A DNA stretch of 64,000 nt. Source: Ophelia neglecta. Its lineage: Eukaryota. Position numbers and translations under genes: made by a program. Of the stretch, positions 34,980-48,890 are shown piece by piece. Positions within the stretch are counted from its first letter, which is position 1. Every line of letters begins with the position of its first letter. Location of the stretch: assembly GCA_965285935.1 (NCBI GenBank), contig OZ260662.1, forward strand, positions 97,030,001-97,094,000, in the 5' to 3' direction. The notes beneath the pieces were generated by a model. The model did not search any database and was not told where the DNA came from. It saw only the letters and a program-made list of their open reading frames with translations.

Positions 34980-37900
34980 GTAAGTACATTTCTGCCATAC
35001 TCATCACACTCGAATATGTTCTACTCTTTGCTAAAAACCATTAATCACTTTATTATAGACATTTGAATACATCCAGTTTAAAACACAAATGAGTTTCCAT
35101 CCAAGTATATTCAATGGGCATGCTTGCCTAGCCGGTTAGGTGACTATTGATTAGTTCTCATGATGAAAACTCAACTGGGATTGACCGCATATGACAGACG
35201 TATGGAACGATGATTTGTTTTCTCATATGAAGTGAACTAACCTTACTAATTTTCATTATAAAAGCTAATAGTATAAACGTAGTTTTAAGTAGATATAGAA
35301 ATGTTCATGCATATTACAAGTCAAAGAAACAATTATTGATATTCAAAAATTGGAAATTAGTCTCTCTGAATAAAGATACTTTTCTTTATGGTTTATGATC
35401 TCATTTGACGAAAAGATTAATTACGGACCTCCAAACCTTTTAAAAAAACGTAGATGTAAATCTCAGGTGAAGTAATACAATTTAATTCTATTGAATATCA
35501 CCCGGGCAACGCTCGGTGCTTCGCTTTTGAGTAAGTTGGTGTCCAGTTCTTCAGACAGGCTGGGATAATCAATAAGAGGATTGCACTTCTAGAAAGCTCC
35601 AAGATACATAAGGATGGTTTGCCTTCTCAAATGAAATGTCAGCGTTGTTCAACAACACTTTAGGAAACCGTCTGCTACAATGAATTACTTGTAAGCCTGC
35701 TGCACATATGTTCAAGTGAGGATATTAACAGGTGAAACCATAATAGAGAAAAAAATGACGGATTGCCTTCATGATGCTTTGTATCACATCGGTTGAACTT
35801 AAAATGGTCAGAGCACTGCGTTCACATGTACTCAAAGGCCATATATATTATTATGAATTATTAAAATGAACAAGCTGTCAGTGGAATCGCCTGTTGTTCA
35901 TAACAGTCATGTATATTTTTCTACCTAGAAAATTTCCTTAATAAAAACAAACAGAATAATCCCAACAAACAGAAAGCTGATTTACATTGTCTTAAATAGA
36001 AGATTTGGAAAACGATGTGCGAAACTCGTACGCATTGGATTCCCCAATTTGGCGTTACTTACCGCCGGAAAGAGCGCCCTGCATTTCGCCACACCGTATA
36101 CTATACTTGGTTTGCTTGAAAATATATAACTTGGAGTTGGAGTTTTCTTGCTCATGAAAATTGCTTGGTCTACAATGGACGACTTTATATTAGTGTAATG
36201 ACCATACAGTCAAAAGTTAATAAAAACATGTAACCCGGAGAACGGAAACTCATCCATTCTTAGGCTAATTTACGCTGTAGGTGTTTTGTTGTCTAATGTC
36301 GGTCAGCGGGAGATCGGGAAACACAGTAACGGTGATTTAGTATTTGGGCCACGCTTCCAGTTACATGAAACATAGGATCCAGCATATGATTGGCATGAAC
36401 TCATACCTAACGAAAGTAGGACCTAGGTCAAACATCAAATACGTCTTCCTATTGTTCCTGTCTTTGCAGCTGAATACCAAAGCGAGGCATTCTCTCTAAA
36501 CATATGGAAACATCTTGTATTAGGATTCACATGTAAAAACATCCATTTTAAATTTAGGAATGTGCTAATAAGCATACTTTTGTATAGTATCTATGTAAAC
36601 TGGTGTAAAAACAATGATAGTCCCATGCTGACAAAATCATTTAGCCTTGATGAAACAATGTGCAAAAAAAAAACTCTCTAAAAAAGGCCAACTGCAGTGT
36701 GTTTCTTTTGGGTAAATTACTAAGGCCAATTCAATTGATGCCTTATTCCATGGATTATAATCAAAGAAAAATATGCCAGTATATGCCCATATCTTATGAA
36801 TTGTCACTTTGTTCTTTATGTAGAAGAATCAGGGCTTGAGAGAGATGCTATGCTCTGGTATGAGCATCAATATGTCTTAGGATATGGTCATCTACTATGG
36901 GGAGGGGGGAGGGTGCGCAAATATGTGGGGAGGGGGGGGGGGGTCCAAGAATTGTGACACCATCTGATGGCGGGGGTGGGTCATAAAATTGTGACACCCT
37001 CCTAATCACCCATGAAAACCAATATATATTATAAACATCAATTAATGAAGGAAAGTACAAAACAAATTTGGGCAGTAATTCTTAAATTTATTGCAAAAAT
37101 TACCAAAATCATGTTGCGTTTCGAGCACAAGCCTTGCTTCATTTTCCTTCCATGCAACACCCATACAGTTTTTATTGGCACATTCTGAGGGTGCGCCAAT
37201 AAAAGTGCAGGCTTTCGGGCCAATATGAATTTGACCCGCTACATAGAAGGGGGGACGTCAAAGAAACAGCGGAGTCTCTGATAGGGGGTCACAGAATTGG
37301 CACTCTCTCTGATGGGGGCGGGGTGAGGAGGGGTCATCAAACTTTCAGGGACACTGGGACAAGGTTCCCCCCCCCCCCCCATAGTAAATGAGTACTCTCT
37401 TAGGCAAATCAATTCAACTTTTCATGACAATGCTTTGTCGGCGGGTATCTAGTTCCGCCTTTTATCGCTGCTCGCGCATGCCCTTACCGTATACGTCTTG
37501 ACGAAACAGCTAATTCATCATCGCCTTGGTTTTTTCAACGTGCCAAAATTTCAATTGCGATAAAATTGTATGTATCGGAACTGTTCTTTCTACAATTTCT
37601 GAAATAAGGCAGTGTAATGCTTTTAATGAAGCGCAGATTCATGACTTTTTAAGCTGGGATTTAGTGTCGCTTTTTGCATATTTACACTTTGTTCAGTGAT
37701 GTGCATATGGTGGCACAGAATCCTTTTAGTTCAGCCTATTTCTCCCATAAAACCTAATAAAGTTATGAACGCCAACATGCGCTACCCTGTTATTTTTATA
37801 CAAATGGAATCCTACATTTGCTTCCCCTGTTATTGCTTGAGCAGCAAAGAAGGATATTCTTGTTCGGTGTCCATATGAAGACCGGAAAAAGCTAGCGGTA

Positions 37901-40900
37901 CAGATGGATGCTCAATCCTCAAGGATTAATGAGATCGTCTACTGGGACACATAAATCACCTGAGCCGAATTTTCTCCTGAAAGGCAGACCATTATTGTTA
38001 AGAACAGCATTACGGTGAGACATTGTGGCCCGATAGACCTACGAAGATATTGTATAAAGTGCGAAGGTGAAACAGTTTTGTTATCATAACACGCATAAAT
38101 ATTTATTGAAATCGAGGCAGGATATATTTTCTCATTATAGGCTGGGCCATATAGGCCTTTTTAAACCTATAGCGGAAATCCAAGCGACAATTTCAATTTT
38201 TTGGGTTCTTTTGTAACACGTATATTTTATCTATTTACATACAAGAGATTTTAAAATTGTCCTAACACATATGCATATAACACTATCGGCACTTCATTTG
38301 AATATAATTGTTTGCGAGTTTTTACTTTTTCCTTATTCACGTTAAAACAAGATCCGGTTACATTCTTCATGTCTTATAACGCAATACTCTTTCTATTTAA
38401 TATATCAATTGCAAATATTTATGGACGTGATTGCCCATCCGGACTTTTTCAGGATTAAAGGAAGTTTCAACATTTGTGTTCATTGATGGCTATACGTGCC
38501 GATCACTGCGCTTCGTACAAAATGCATTTGTTGCACATGTTGCCCTCTTCATTAAAGCTAAAACAAATTCATTTATTCCGAAGACGTGTCTACTTTTGTT
38601 AAGCCTTGTATGACCTGCGCTGCACGGGAATTGGATGGTAATTTTATATTTTTCAATGTACGTGTTAAGGCCCGACATCTGTTACCTTAAGGCTTCACTC
38701 GGAACATTATATAGCCGAATCTGGATAATGTTCGACCATCTTATGTATTGCAGCCACTGTGCTACATGTCCATTTAGGAGTCAATTGCCACGGAGATATG
38801 TCACATTGAATAGAATACAAACAAATAAGGCCAGGATTGCCCGTTAGAACGTAGACACGGGGGCGACAAACCACAGGAAGGATGTGACAAATGCATACAT
38901 AATATGCTATTTCATACCCTTATTATATACCCAATATCTATTGAGGGCCCCCATTGGTCCAGACAAGGCTACATGGGGTGTCCTAGAAAACACGTTTTAC
39001 TACACACTGGAAAGCCATTCAATAGGCAAGTTATACAGACGAGGTTACCCGTCAACAGTACTTGGCTATTGACATACTATTGACCGATTGTGTTAAGCAA
39101 TAAAAATGCATGTGCACAATTCCGCCCCCTCAATATAATATCGATCGATCCACCTTGAAATTAAGGAATTACTACGGCTGCCCTTCTCTCGACTAATGAC
39201 TGATATAGCAATGAGTACATGGCAGTCGTTTCAAGGTACCAATAAATATTGGACGATTCATATGGACCATCTAGTAAACACTGCTGATTCCAATAGCAAA
39301 AACAAGTAAAGAAGACATACAACAATATCTTTGAAACATTAGCCAGCACAAACAACATTGGTTGCATAACATTACGGTGTTGATCTATTCAGCAAATAAT
39401 TTGGGTTCTTGAAGTACACATTAGACATTTCGCGGGTTAAAAGACAGAAGGTGCCATCTCATTTTTCCTGTTTTAAGTAAACGCTCTTTGAAGTTTCCAT
39501 CGGTCTTTGGGAGACGATTGGCCGGTTGCTATAGCTTGTTTGTTGTGTATATAATATCTATATACCGCTTATGATTTAACGTACGTGACACAATATCCAA
39601 AACAAAACATCAGTGATGACTAGCTTAGGAGTAACTATAAGTTTAGTTAAAGAACCTTTTTTCCAACACTAAAATAAAAACAAAGGAACATTTAGTTCAA
39701 AGGCATAGGGAACTTTATCGTTCCTTCCACGGGGTCTTGCGATCCTAAAGTTTGGGTTGAGGGGAACTTTTCAACCAGAGGGCCTGATGATCATATACCC
39801 CGATTTAACAGTGTCGACAAAACACATCACCTCCCCTTGTCTTCGGGACCCTTAGTTTATTGTCCGACTGTTTTCACAGTTGCATTTATTTTATTGTGTA
39901 TTGCTTTGATACAAATTCAAGATAACGCGTATGTAATACTTATTGTATTTGCTATAGCCTCTTTTCAAAGCAGCTCAGGCAAAAACGTGGAAGATAAAGA
40001 ATCGAACATTGATATGATTACATCAATCAAAACGTAAGTTTTCTTTTAAAAAAAGGACTGGATACCCAGCAGAAAAAAGACTGGCATTTGGCTTCAGTTT
40101 ACATCTGGAGTAAGAGCATTCTAGTGGAACGGGCAATAGAGGAAGTTTTTCAGATAATCTGGGCCAAAACAAATGCAAACCGGTGTAGGCAAGAAGGCTC
40201 TGCTTAAATCTTATCCTTTGTAATAATTGAAGGGAATGTAACCGTTCCAGTAATGGAGTTACATGACAAACGTATGCTTACCCTGTCACCGTATACTCAA
40301 CGGCATTCCACCACCTGCAAATTTGCTATTAAATTGTCTGGCTATCCAACATAAAGCGAGTTGAAAAATATCCATGTGTCAAATGCATGAGTGTTACCAA
40401 GTGGAGCGGTTTTTGAAATATTTTATACTATCCCTAAGCTAAGAAGTAGCCTGACTGATTTGTAATTCAGAAAAACCACTTCCCTGGTGAATTGCACATA
40501 ATGTATTGAGTGTGACAACTGGGTGTTGGAATTTCAATGGCGAACTAAGTCAATGCTCTCCTCCAAAGCAGCGGCGACAGACAGAGCACAAGAATGTGGC
40601 ATAAAGCTGTGAGTTATCAGCGTTATGGTATGGCATATCATTGCCTCACAACACATCACCTAAATAATAGTGTACACTCAAAGGAGGACCAATTGTTGAG
40701 CTTAATCCACTTACTCGTGCGCATGGGCAGCCTCTATTATCGTTATATTGGTTCATTTTTCCGCCTTACAGCACTAATAGTTTCGTTCTCAACCACAAGG
40801 GATTATACTTGTGTTCAAAAAGCAGTGCTTTACCAATGGTTTCATTATACCATGGTGTATTAGTTAGACAGACAGTTATTTCCCTATACTTAATACGAGC

Positions 40901-43900
40901 AATAAAGTCAAGGAATCAAGGAGTGTGGTCCACACTGAATCATACCCATCGACAAATTCGACAATTTTTTTTCCGTAATCACTGTAAGTAATGAGCTGAG
41001 ATGCAGTTTTTAACAAAACCTCTAGAACTGACTTGTTCTTGAATGGTGACAATGGGGATATCGTCATTTAGCTGTTATTAATTTTGCGTATCATCCCATT
41101 TATTTGAAAAGCAGACGGTGATAATGAGACGTGTCGCTATTTGTCATTTTGTCATTTTGTAAATGTGTCGATTGTGAGAAAAGCTAAAAGGGGCTGTTCG
41201 CCTAAATGACAGAAAGGCAAACTGATGTCATATCTGCTCATAGTTTCTTATCGCACATCACAAAATGGTGTTCTGTATTTAATAAGACTACCCAAAGGGA
41301 GATAGCATCTTTTAGCTAATTAAATGGATATCGTTATCAAGATGTCCCGAATAGAACTTGGTTATAGCTCGACAACCAATGAAGCTGAAGTTACGTGAAT
41401 ACAGGTCAATCAAACTCTCCTGGTGCTTAAAACGAATAACCAATAAAAATGTGTTTATTTTTGAGAGAGCACCTTCTGGTTTTAGACCGACGATAAAATA
41501 AAATAAACGCCAAGGTGAATTATGGTCCTCTCGGGAATATGCCCCAAAATGCCATAGCACTTTGGGGCATATTCCCTAGGGTATAACAGTTCACTCTCAT
41601 TCCAACAATTACTGTCACTATTTGCTGAAGAATACATTATTTCATGACTAAATCTTGATACCTTTGGAACCAAGAAGACAGTGATTACGAATACATTACA
41701 CTGCTGAAGATGGCCAGCTTATACACTGTATAATAAATTAACCTAGCGAGAGCCTAGCTTTTGAATACGATAGCCTGCTAACAATAAAAGTTTGTAATTT
41801 ATCCAGCTTACGCTAGCCACCTTGAAGTGTTCTCAAACATGCCCTTGTCCTTTTCAATTAAGTTTGCCGTTTTCGAACACTTATTTGGTACTTTCTACGT
41901 GTTCGCATTGCATATGCCTGGTCCCTGGTTGGTTTCGAGGAAATTATAAACTCTTACCCGAGATAGCATCGTGTCCTGAACTATAAGTAGTTTAGGTTTC
42001 ATAAAAAGCTTAAGGCTAAGGTGCCAAATGGCAAGGTGCTCCTATTTCCAAGCACTGGCCATAGGTTAATGTTAGGGAAAAAAACAAAACAAATTATAAT
42101 CCTACCTCGGGGTACTCTTATGAATACTAAAGGGTGTGAAAGGAATACAACATCCTGATGCTTAGATCACGAGTATATTAACACCGTTTACTGAAGTTAT
42201 TTTCATTGTAGAGATAATTCGCAAACAGTGTTGTGAACGATTATGGATCTCGGTGTCGATGTTTACGTGCCTACAGTGGCTCTCGACACTGTATAGCCAA
42301 TGATCAGGGTGTACACATTTGTCAATACGATGGAATACCTTCCGCAAGCATTCATCGCGCAGGATATTGAAAACATATCATTATGACCTAACAGCGTTTC
42401 AATAACAAGAATCGAGTGGCCCTCATCAGGCCGCTGAATTAACGTTAGCAACCAATCTACAAAATGTTTGCCTCAGATTTCAATGTAAGCTGATTATTTG
42501 AATTACTCGTAGGCTCCGTAACCGTATACTGATACAATGCATTACAATGTTTGATAACTTTCAACCAGGGACTGATTTTAAAATCACCTTCGAACTATAC
42601 CAGCCCATTGCTGACAATCATTCGTATACTGTTTGGTAGTAAATATGAGAATCCTTTACAATACTTAATTTGACGGATATGGCACCACCGGGCCTAATTA
42701 GATGCTCGATAGGCAACACGATGGACTTCATATGGCTTGAGTTATACTCAGATACGTCGGCGTTAATTGTTATACTACGCGACATAAGCAGACGACAACT
42801 ATCATTAAAGATGAAACTATTCCTTATAAGAATATCAGCTTTTAGCCTCCTTATCTGCTATGGGCCCGACGACACTTTTAATGAAATGCAGTTTTCATTT
42901 AAATGTGTTTATTGTGTCAGGAAAATAAAATTGCGTGGACATAAGTTGTCACTATATATTATACATTATGAATAAAAAAATTATAACATAAACATCATAA
43001 ATATATTATAACCTAGACAAAGAGCATAAGATCGCCGGACGGTGTATGTATTCTCTGATTGGGTGCCTCATATCGTGTTCAATATATTGTGCTATAGGGA
43101 TTGGTTTTAGAAACAAATACATTCTGTAATCACGATATTGGCTTTACTGTAATTAGTTATAAGTTAAAGTAATTTTATAAATGTATGTGAGGACAGTTGA
43201 CATCTAACCTTATAATTAATATAGTTACATCACAAAAAAGATGTAGATATCCAACAATGTGCAATGTTCATCAGGATGCCTACTGTATCGAGATGAGGTT
43301 ACACACCAGCTACTGAAAAAACGTCAATGTGGAGGAATCAGTAAAAATCATTGGCCATGGCCCATACTTGTATTCAATAGGCTATTTGAGCGTTTAAATA
43401 TACAACTATATTGACAGAATGTTCACATAGAACTACTGCGTCAATGGTAGATTGAGAACATATCATTGTTTATTTTTAAAAAAGAACAATATTTGGTATT
43501 AGACGGAACAACTCTGAATTTGGTAATGTGTTGGTGACCAATAATGGCCTATGTCGATCTAGTCTTATTGCAGTTAACTATATGGATGTTCTTTTTATAA
43601 ACATGTGTGTATTGTTTCTGTGGCTGCTTGATTCTATTATAAAGAAAACTGAAATGAGATACAATTTTTATAACACACTTCTTATTGTGTATTGATGTTA
43701 TAAGATTAACTGTGGTATAAAATCGGCTTTGCTGTCCCGAAATGTATTATAATAACTAATTTAACTAATGCAATAAAATTAGAGCCCCTTTACCTTGAAA
43801 GCGCATAGACTTGGTTGATGATTATACAAAACATGACCTCGTATATATACTGATCATTGATTTTTTGTCTAACAAAAACGCAAAGCGCACACATCTTTGC

Positions 43901-46900
43901 TGCCGATATTTAGGTACATTATGATACGGCTAAATTGTAAAAATCGTCGTTAAACATTTAACGTAGGCCGGGTCCATGCCATAGTAACAGTTCCTACTCA
44001 CTCCCACTAGTTTGAATGTCAAAGCTGCACATCACGGTCTTAGTTATGAAGTGCCATTTAGAATGAAAGATATAAGATATAACACACGTTTGTAGCTCAC
44101 GTTGTCAAATGTGTGCTCCGATCCATGTACTGGTGTTGAGAAAGAGAGAATAATAACAAAAATACTTTATTTTCTTTGCAAGGAGTGCCTTAAGGCTGAT
44201 CGACTTGTTTCAATCGCCCACAACGAAAAAAAAAACGTTAAGACTACATTATAGGGATCCAATAACAGCGATTGTCATGCGTTTAGACTCTCAAATAAAA
44301 TATTATGTGGCGTATCACAACAAGTATAATATGAACTAATATATATCTTATTTCGGGCTGCCACGGTATTAAAAGATCGGTTGAATTTCAGAACAAATTA
44401 CAATACCTGGCACATCGTAGTCTGTCAACTTGCATATTTAATTACAAGCATACGTTAGCCACTGGCTCTGTCGTCTTATAGTCTGAGTCGTAGAAAACTG
44501 TTTCATAATGTTTATTGCACGTGAGATATTTAATGCTAATTTCTTACACTAATTGGTGATTTCGGGCTGTTGTGGAATAAAAGCTTCCGTTTTGTTTAAT
44601 GTTCATAGAAATAAAATAACAATACATCGCAGACTATCCAATTTCATATCATCTAATCATTGTGATACGCTGTTGGCTTGGTTTTTTTAAGATCTACCGT
44701 TCTCTTGCAAATTGAATAATACTAAGATATATTGCAAGTGAGATATCACCTGCTATTAATTTATTCTACTTTATTTCTGAAAAAATTGATTCATAATTAT
44801 AGCTTATGTATATGGGTGTTTACTGATGACGGTTGCTGGTTATTTCTGAAGTATTTAACGTATTGCTTACTACTTATTATGATTTGTCCAGGTATCAACG
44901 CAAATGCTTTCCTTTCGTTGTTGGTTACATTGAAGTAGAATTATTCGGTTGAATTAAACAGTCACCACCTCTATCGTATTCAACCTGTTTCCGTGATACG
45001 ATTTAAATGACATCCGCATATACTGCTTGCAATAACTACCCTTGTACGCCAGCCTGTCCTGTCAATTTGATATTGCACGTTTTGGTTTACCCTATTTAAC
45101 TAGGATCCGTTGACTGCAAATGGTATTAAAAGTTGGTACATCTCTCTGTCTGTTCGGCTGCCGCTGAAGGATCCTGATGAATCTGAACTGATTTGAAATT
45201 CTTGATAACCTCAGAACAAGTAATGCTCGATTAATGTTACTTTGCTTTTATATCTGTAATAAAATTTCAATTTAATTTCAAACTATTAAAATGCAACACC
45301 TGGTGTTGTCAAAGTTAACCTTAATTCCTCTCGTTTAATCAGCAACCATAAAGGCATAGCGGATGCTGCTTAACGCATATTTGCTATCTGATACACCGAA
45401 TTTAATTCCTGAGTGACTTGTAATTTCGTATTCATTTGGTAAACTTGAAGAGTGTAGCTAAGCAACGAATCCGCACCAGATTGAACTGATCAAATGCCTC
45501 TGTCTGCAATGAAAAACAGCAACTTCAGCTGACATTGTCGCATCTCAAATTTAATATCAACTGACTAGGTGATGATTCATATATATTTAAAAAAAAACTA
45601 GGGATATCAGTAACGGTTTCAAGTGGCTCACAATAGGCATAAAAATACATCTCCTCCAGCTATGGTCAAACTATTCTACCCGATTCAAACAACAGATGAA
45701 CAATCTCCTTATTACTGCAAATTGAACTTGACCCCATTTATCTGCCATTGTTTTAATTATTTACTTTTGCTGACACGTATACATGCCAAGTAAACACATT
45801 ATATTTGTAAAGGAAGCTAAACGCAGACAGGTAGTATATTGACGTATAAATAATACAGGTTAGACTTTTCTTAAGACAATTTGAAAAAGGACATTATAAG
45901 GCGACATGGCAGCTAAAGCAATATTTCCATTTAGCACCGTTGCCATAGCAACGTGCTTGGGCACTACAATAAAGGCATCACGATACTAACACTGTGCATA
46001 CATATAAGTGCATCGCTTATATATTTAGATGGTAAACAAAAGTAGTAGGTGAACTGGATTTAGCCACTTGTATAGGTATCAGCGATGTCTACCATGTGGT
46101 TTAAACCAACTAGGAGGTTATGAGTCAAAATGAGCGCTTCACTTTTCACGTATTTTCCTACATCTTCAAGACGAAAAGAATATTGAACTATAGTCGACGA
46201 GTTTAAGAATATTATCGATGAGAGATAATTAATAAAATGCGCTGAATATGTTTGCATTTCATGTACAATTTTAAAATGAGAAGTTAAATATGGCTTGCGC
46301 AAACGGTCAAACGAAAGGAACCATTACTAAGGGGGAACTGCTTAAGGGGGGTGTATGGTGTGGTGCAGGGTTTCGCTTTAAATTTTGAGTTTTCCGAATA
46401 CTTATACGAGTACTTTCCTTGAGGTGTTTTAATGAGTTGCTAATTACATTACCTTACCATGCAAAATCATGCTCTCAAGCCCCCCCCCCCGCCCCAATCC
46501 TCAATCCCACCTGAAGTTGATTGGATCACAACTATGGCAAGTTTCATCCCATACTCTTATTACCTGTTGCACAGAGTATCTCTAATTCACAGGAGGTGTA
46601 TAATCTCTCACTGTTTATTTCAGGTAATGTCCTGGTGATCCTTGTGATCGCCCGTCACAGGAAGATGAAGAACATTACCAACTTCTTTTTGGCAAACCTC
46701 GCCGTAGCCGATATATGTGTTGGAGTTTTCTGTGTCATGCCAAGTCTTGCTTCTTACCTGTCAACAACTTGGTACCTAGGCAAGGTAATTCAAGTTCAAT
46801 TTGGATAAGCAGTATTACTTCCAAATGATTTCTTGCAAGTAGTATGTGTTTAGTGCTTGAGCGAAATTTTCGGTACACATCTAGTATACATACAGTACCC

Positions 46901-48641
46901 TGATGACATTATATGATCTACGCCAGCAATTGTACAATAAACAAATTACATGCTCTTTTTTAGAGAAACGTTAAACATTGTGTCACACGTTCAATTCTTA
47001 AGTGTATTGCGCATAAGCCACCTGTTTAACGTCACATTTGATATATGGATTGTTTACGCCCTATTATAGCTTGACTCGGCCATGGCAATGAAAGAACCGT
47101 CCTTCGCGGACGTCAGTTGGCTTGGTGTCACAGTGTGTTTACCGTGTAATATGCACTAGAAAATATCCATTAGGGGCAATTTTGTAATGTTTGTTTGTAA
47201 AACTCTTTCAGATAATGTGTAAATTGAACAATTTCGTCCAGAGCGTTAGCTACACAGCGTCCATTATCATACTGACCGTCATTTCCTTAGAGAGGTAAGT
47301 AAGGTCGTAAAGGTGTGTTCCATGTATTAAGGTTATAACGAACGTGTCCCGTAATACGCTATTAGTGTCTATTAACATCGTTCCATTTGCAGATATTTTG
47401 CCATTATTTACCCCATGCTGAGTAAGCGTGTGTCTCGGATGTGCGTAGTAAAATGCACCACAGTTATCATCTGGGTCATCACCATTGGTTACAGCATTCC
47501 AATTTTGATAAGTTACGATACAGTTGATGTCATTGGCCAGGACAATATCACAACTCAGTCTTTTTGTGTTAAGAAAATGCCAATAAAAATGGAGGCGTAC
47601 ATATTGATAAACTTTTTGGTGTGGTACATTATTCCCGTCTTTATGATGACTGGGATATACTCTAAGATAAGTGTCGTTCTTTGGAGATCGGCCACTGTCG
47701 GACAGGAACTTGCGAGCGCTGAAACTATACGGAGAAACAACCGAGAACCTGAGGCATATCCACTGAAGGATCTTAAGGCGCAAGACAAGGAAGACTATAT
47801 TGACCACAGTGACTATGAAAATGGAGAGCGATCCGGCGTTCGTATCATCATAACCAGTGGTAATGACCAGGATCATTCCACTATGCCATGTTCTATTAGT
47901 GACTACGAAACAGGAGCTGGAAACATATATTGTCCTTCCAGGGCACAAGGAAGCCTCCAAGTGGGTAATCGGCACCACCGACAGCAGGAGCATGACAGCT
48001 TAGAGGCGGAAAATGTAGAACGAAGTGACACTGCTAAATGCCATATATCGTCTGGCTCAAATCAGCCCGACGGAACAGTGAATTTACAAAAGAACAGATA
48101 TAGGAAGCACTCTAAACCTTTAGCCGCCCGCAAAAAGGTCATACAACTTGTAATTGCTATAGTCGTGGGGTTTGCTGTGTGTGTACTGCCACATCATATA
48201 CGCCTATTGTGGCAAACATTCAACAGCAAGCCTGATTACTCTTTTTCTGACCTGCTGGCCCCACCGGTAACATTCCTTATATTTTACATGAACAGCTGCC
48301 TAAATCCATTCCTTTACGCTTTCTTATCCGACAATTTTAGAAATGCATTCTGGGAGCTGGATTGGCGGACTTGCATAAGGCAAAAAAGGAGAAGCACGCC
48401 AACATCACACAATTTATTTCAGACACACCAAACGTCCCAATCACCGTCTAGGTCACGCACCTCCCTTTTAACCATGCAGAGTACTCCCACGTCATCTAAG
48501 TCCAACCTCTCAATTTCAATGATCCGCCTAAGTCCTTCTCAGTCAAATAATTCGCTGAACTCCCTGAGGCGCGGTTCCGAATCTCTTCTATCGGCGAATG
48601 CAAGGTCTAGGGCAGGGATTCTAAGCAAGAATCCAGTTTGA
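34850..48641 (+). CDS. TrissinR: Trissin-receptor-like class A neuropeptide GPCR, 4 coding exons: join(34850..34979,46624..46784,47212..47294,47393..48641), 540 aa
   Basis: All introns are GT-AG with compatible phases (1,0,2); total 1623 nt = 541 codons. The spliced protein reads PFDLVYIRSIFIVLYGAVCLACIT-G-NVLVILV..TNFFLANLAVADICVGVFCV..WYLGK-IMCKLNNFVQSVSYTASIIILTVISLER-YFAIIYP..YIIP..[~150-aa ICL3]..RKKVIQL..CVLPHH..NSCLNPFLY. This strongly resembles insect trissin receptors as recalled. Confidence 0.85.
36880..37399. mobile_element. MITE-like non-autonomous DNA transposon (PIF/Harbinger-like TTA TSD), 520 bp, in GPCR intron 1
   Basis: TTA flanks both ends (36877-36879 and 37400-37402). 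Subterminal inverted match TCATCTACTATGGGG / TCATTTACTATGGGG followed by G- and C-runs; internal GGGTCA..AATTG repeats. The outermost 8 bp are degenerate. Confidence 0.55.
41513..41598. repeat. Long imperfect palindrome with a perfect 16-bp core stem
   Basis: GGGAATATGCCCCAAA (41533-41548) pairs with TTTGGGGCATATTCCC (41561-41576). Outer arms GTGAA.../...TTCAC pair partially. Confidence 0.8.
46624..46784 (+). CDS. Trissin-receptor-like GPCR coding exon 2 (ICL1-TM2-ECL1)
   Basis: Acceptor TTTATTTCAG| and donor AAG|GTAATT. Encodes GNVLVILV...NFFLANLAVAD...WYLGK. Confidence 0.92.
47212..47294 (+). CDS. Trissin-receptor-like GPCR coding exon 3 (TM3)
   Basis: Acceptor CTCTTTCAG| and donor AG|GTAAGT. 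Encodes IMCKLNNFVQSVSYTASIIILTVISLE-R. Too short for the ORF track. Confidence 0.92.
47393..48641 (+). CDS. Trissin-receptor-like GPCR coding exon 4 (ICL2 to C-terminus)
   Basis: Acceptor CATTTGCAG| completes the ERY motif. Continues into the 408-aa ORF containing TM4-TM7, NPFLY and a Ser/Thr-rich tail. Confidence 0.93.
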
Positions 48642-48890
48642 CTCATGAGGCCTTATACAAGGTCTAGTTCGGGCATTCTAAGCAGGGACCTAGCTTGACT
48701 TAAGTTCCTTCTTACGCAATGTCTAGGGTAGGCATCCCAAGTAAGAATTTAGCTTGACTCGTCTAGCCTTTCTCGTGCAAGGTCTAGGTAGACAGACATT
48801 CTTAGCAAGAACCAATCTTGATTCATATGCCCTTCCTTACGCAAGATCTAGGTCGACTAGCATTCTAAGCGAGAACCCAGCTGGACTCGT
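48600..48890 (+). repeat. Diverged tandem repeat, 5 units of 57-64 bp
   Basis: Units of CAAGGTCTAG...GCATTCTAAGCAAGAA..CAGCTTGACTC start at 48601, 48658, 48717, 48778 and 48842. Confidence 0.85.

Noticed and set aside
42385-42440. Minus-strand CTGATGAG...GAAAC, hammerhead-ribozyme-like core (Penelope-type)
   Set aside because: Stems I and II do not pair and there is no correctly placed NUH site; at most a dead relic. A similar motif at ~45175-45200 also fails.
47250-47993. 247-aa antisense ORF, and other antisense or alternate-frame ORFs over the GPCRs, gag-pol and dehydrogenase
   Set aside because: Shadow ORFs of real coding sequence with no independent motifs.
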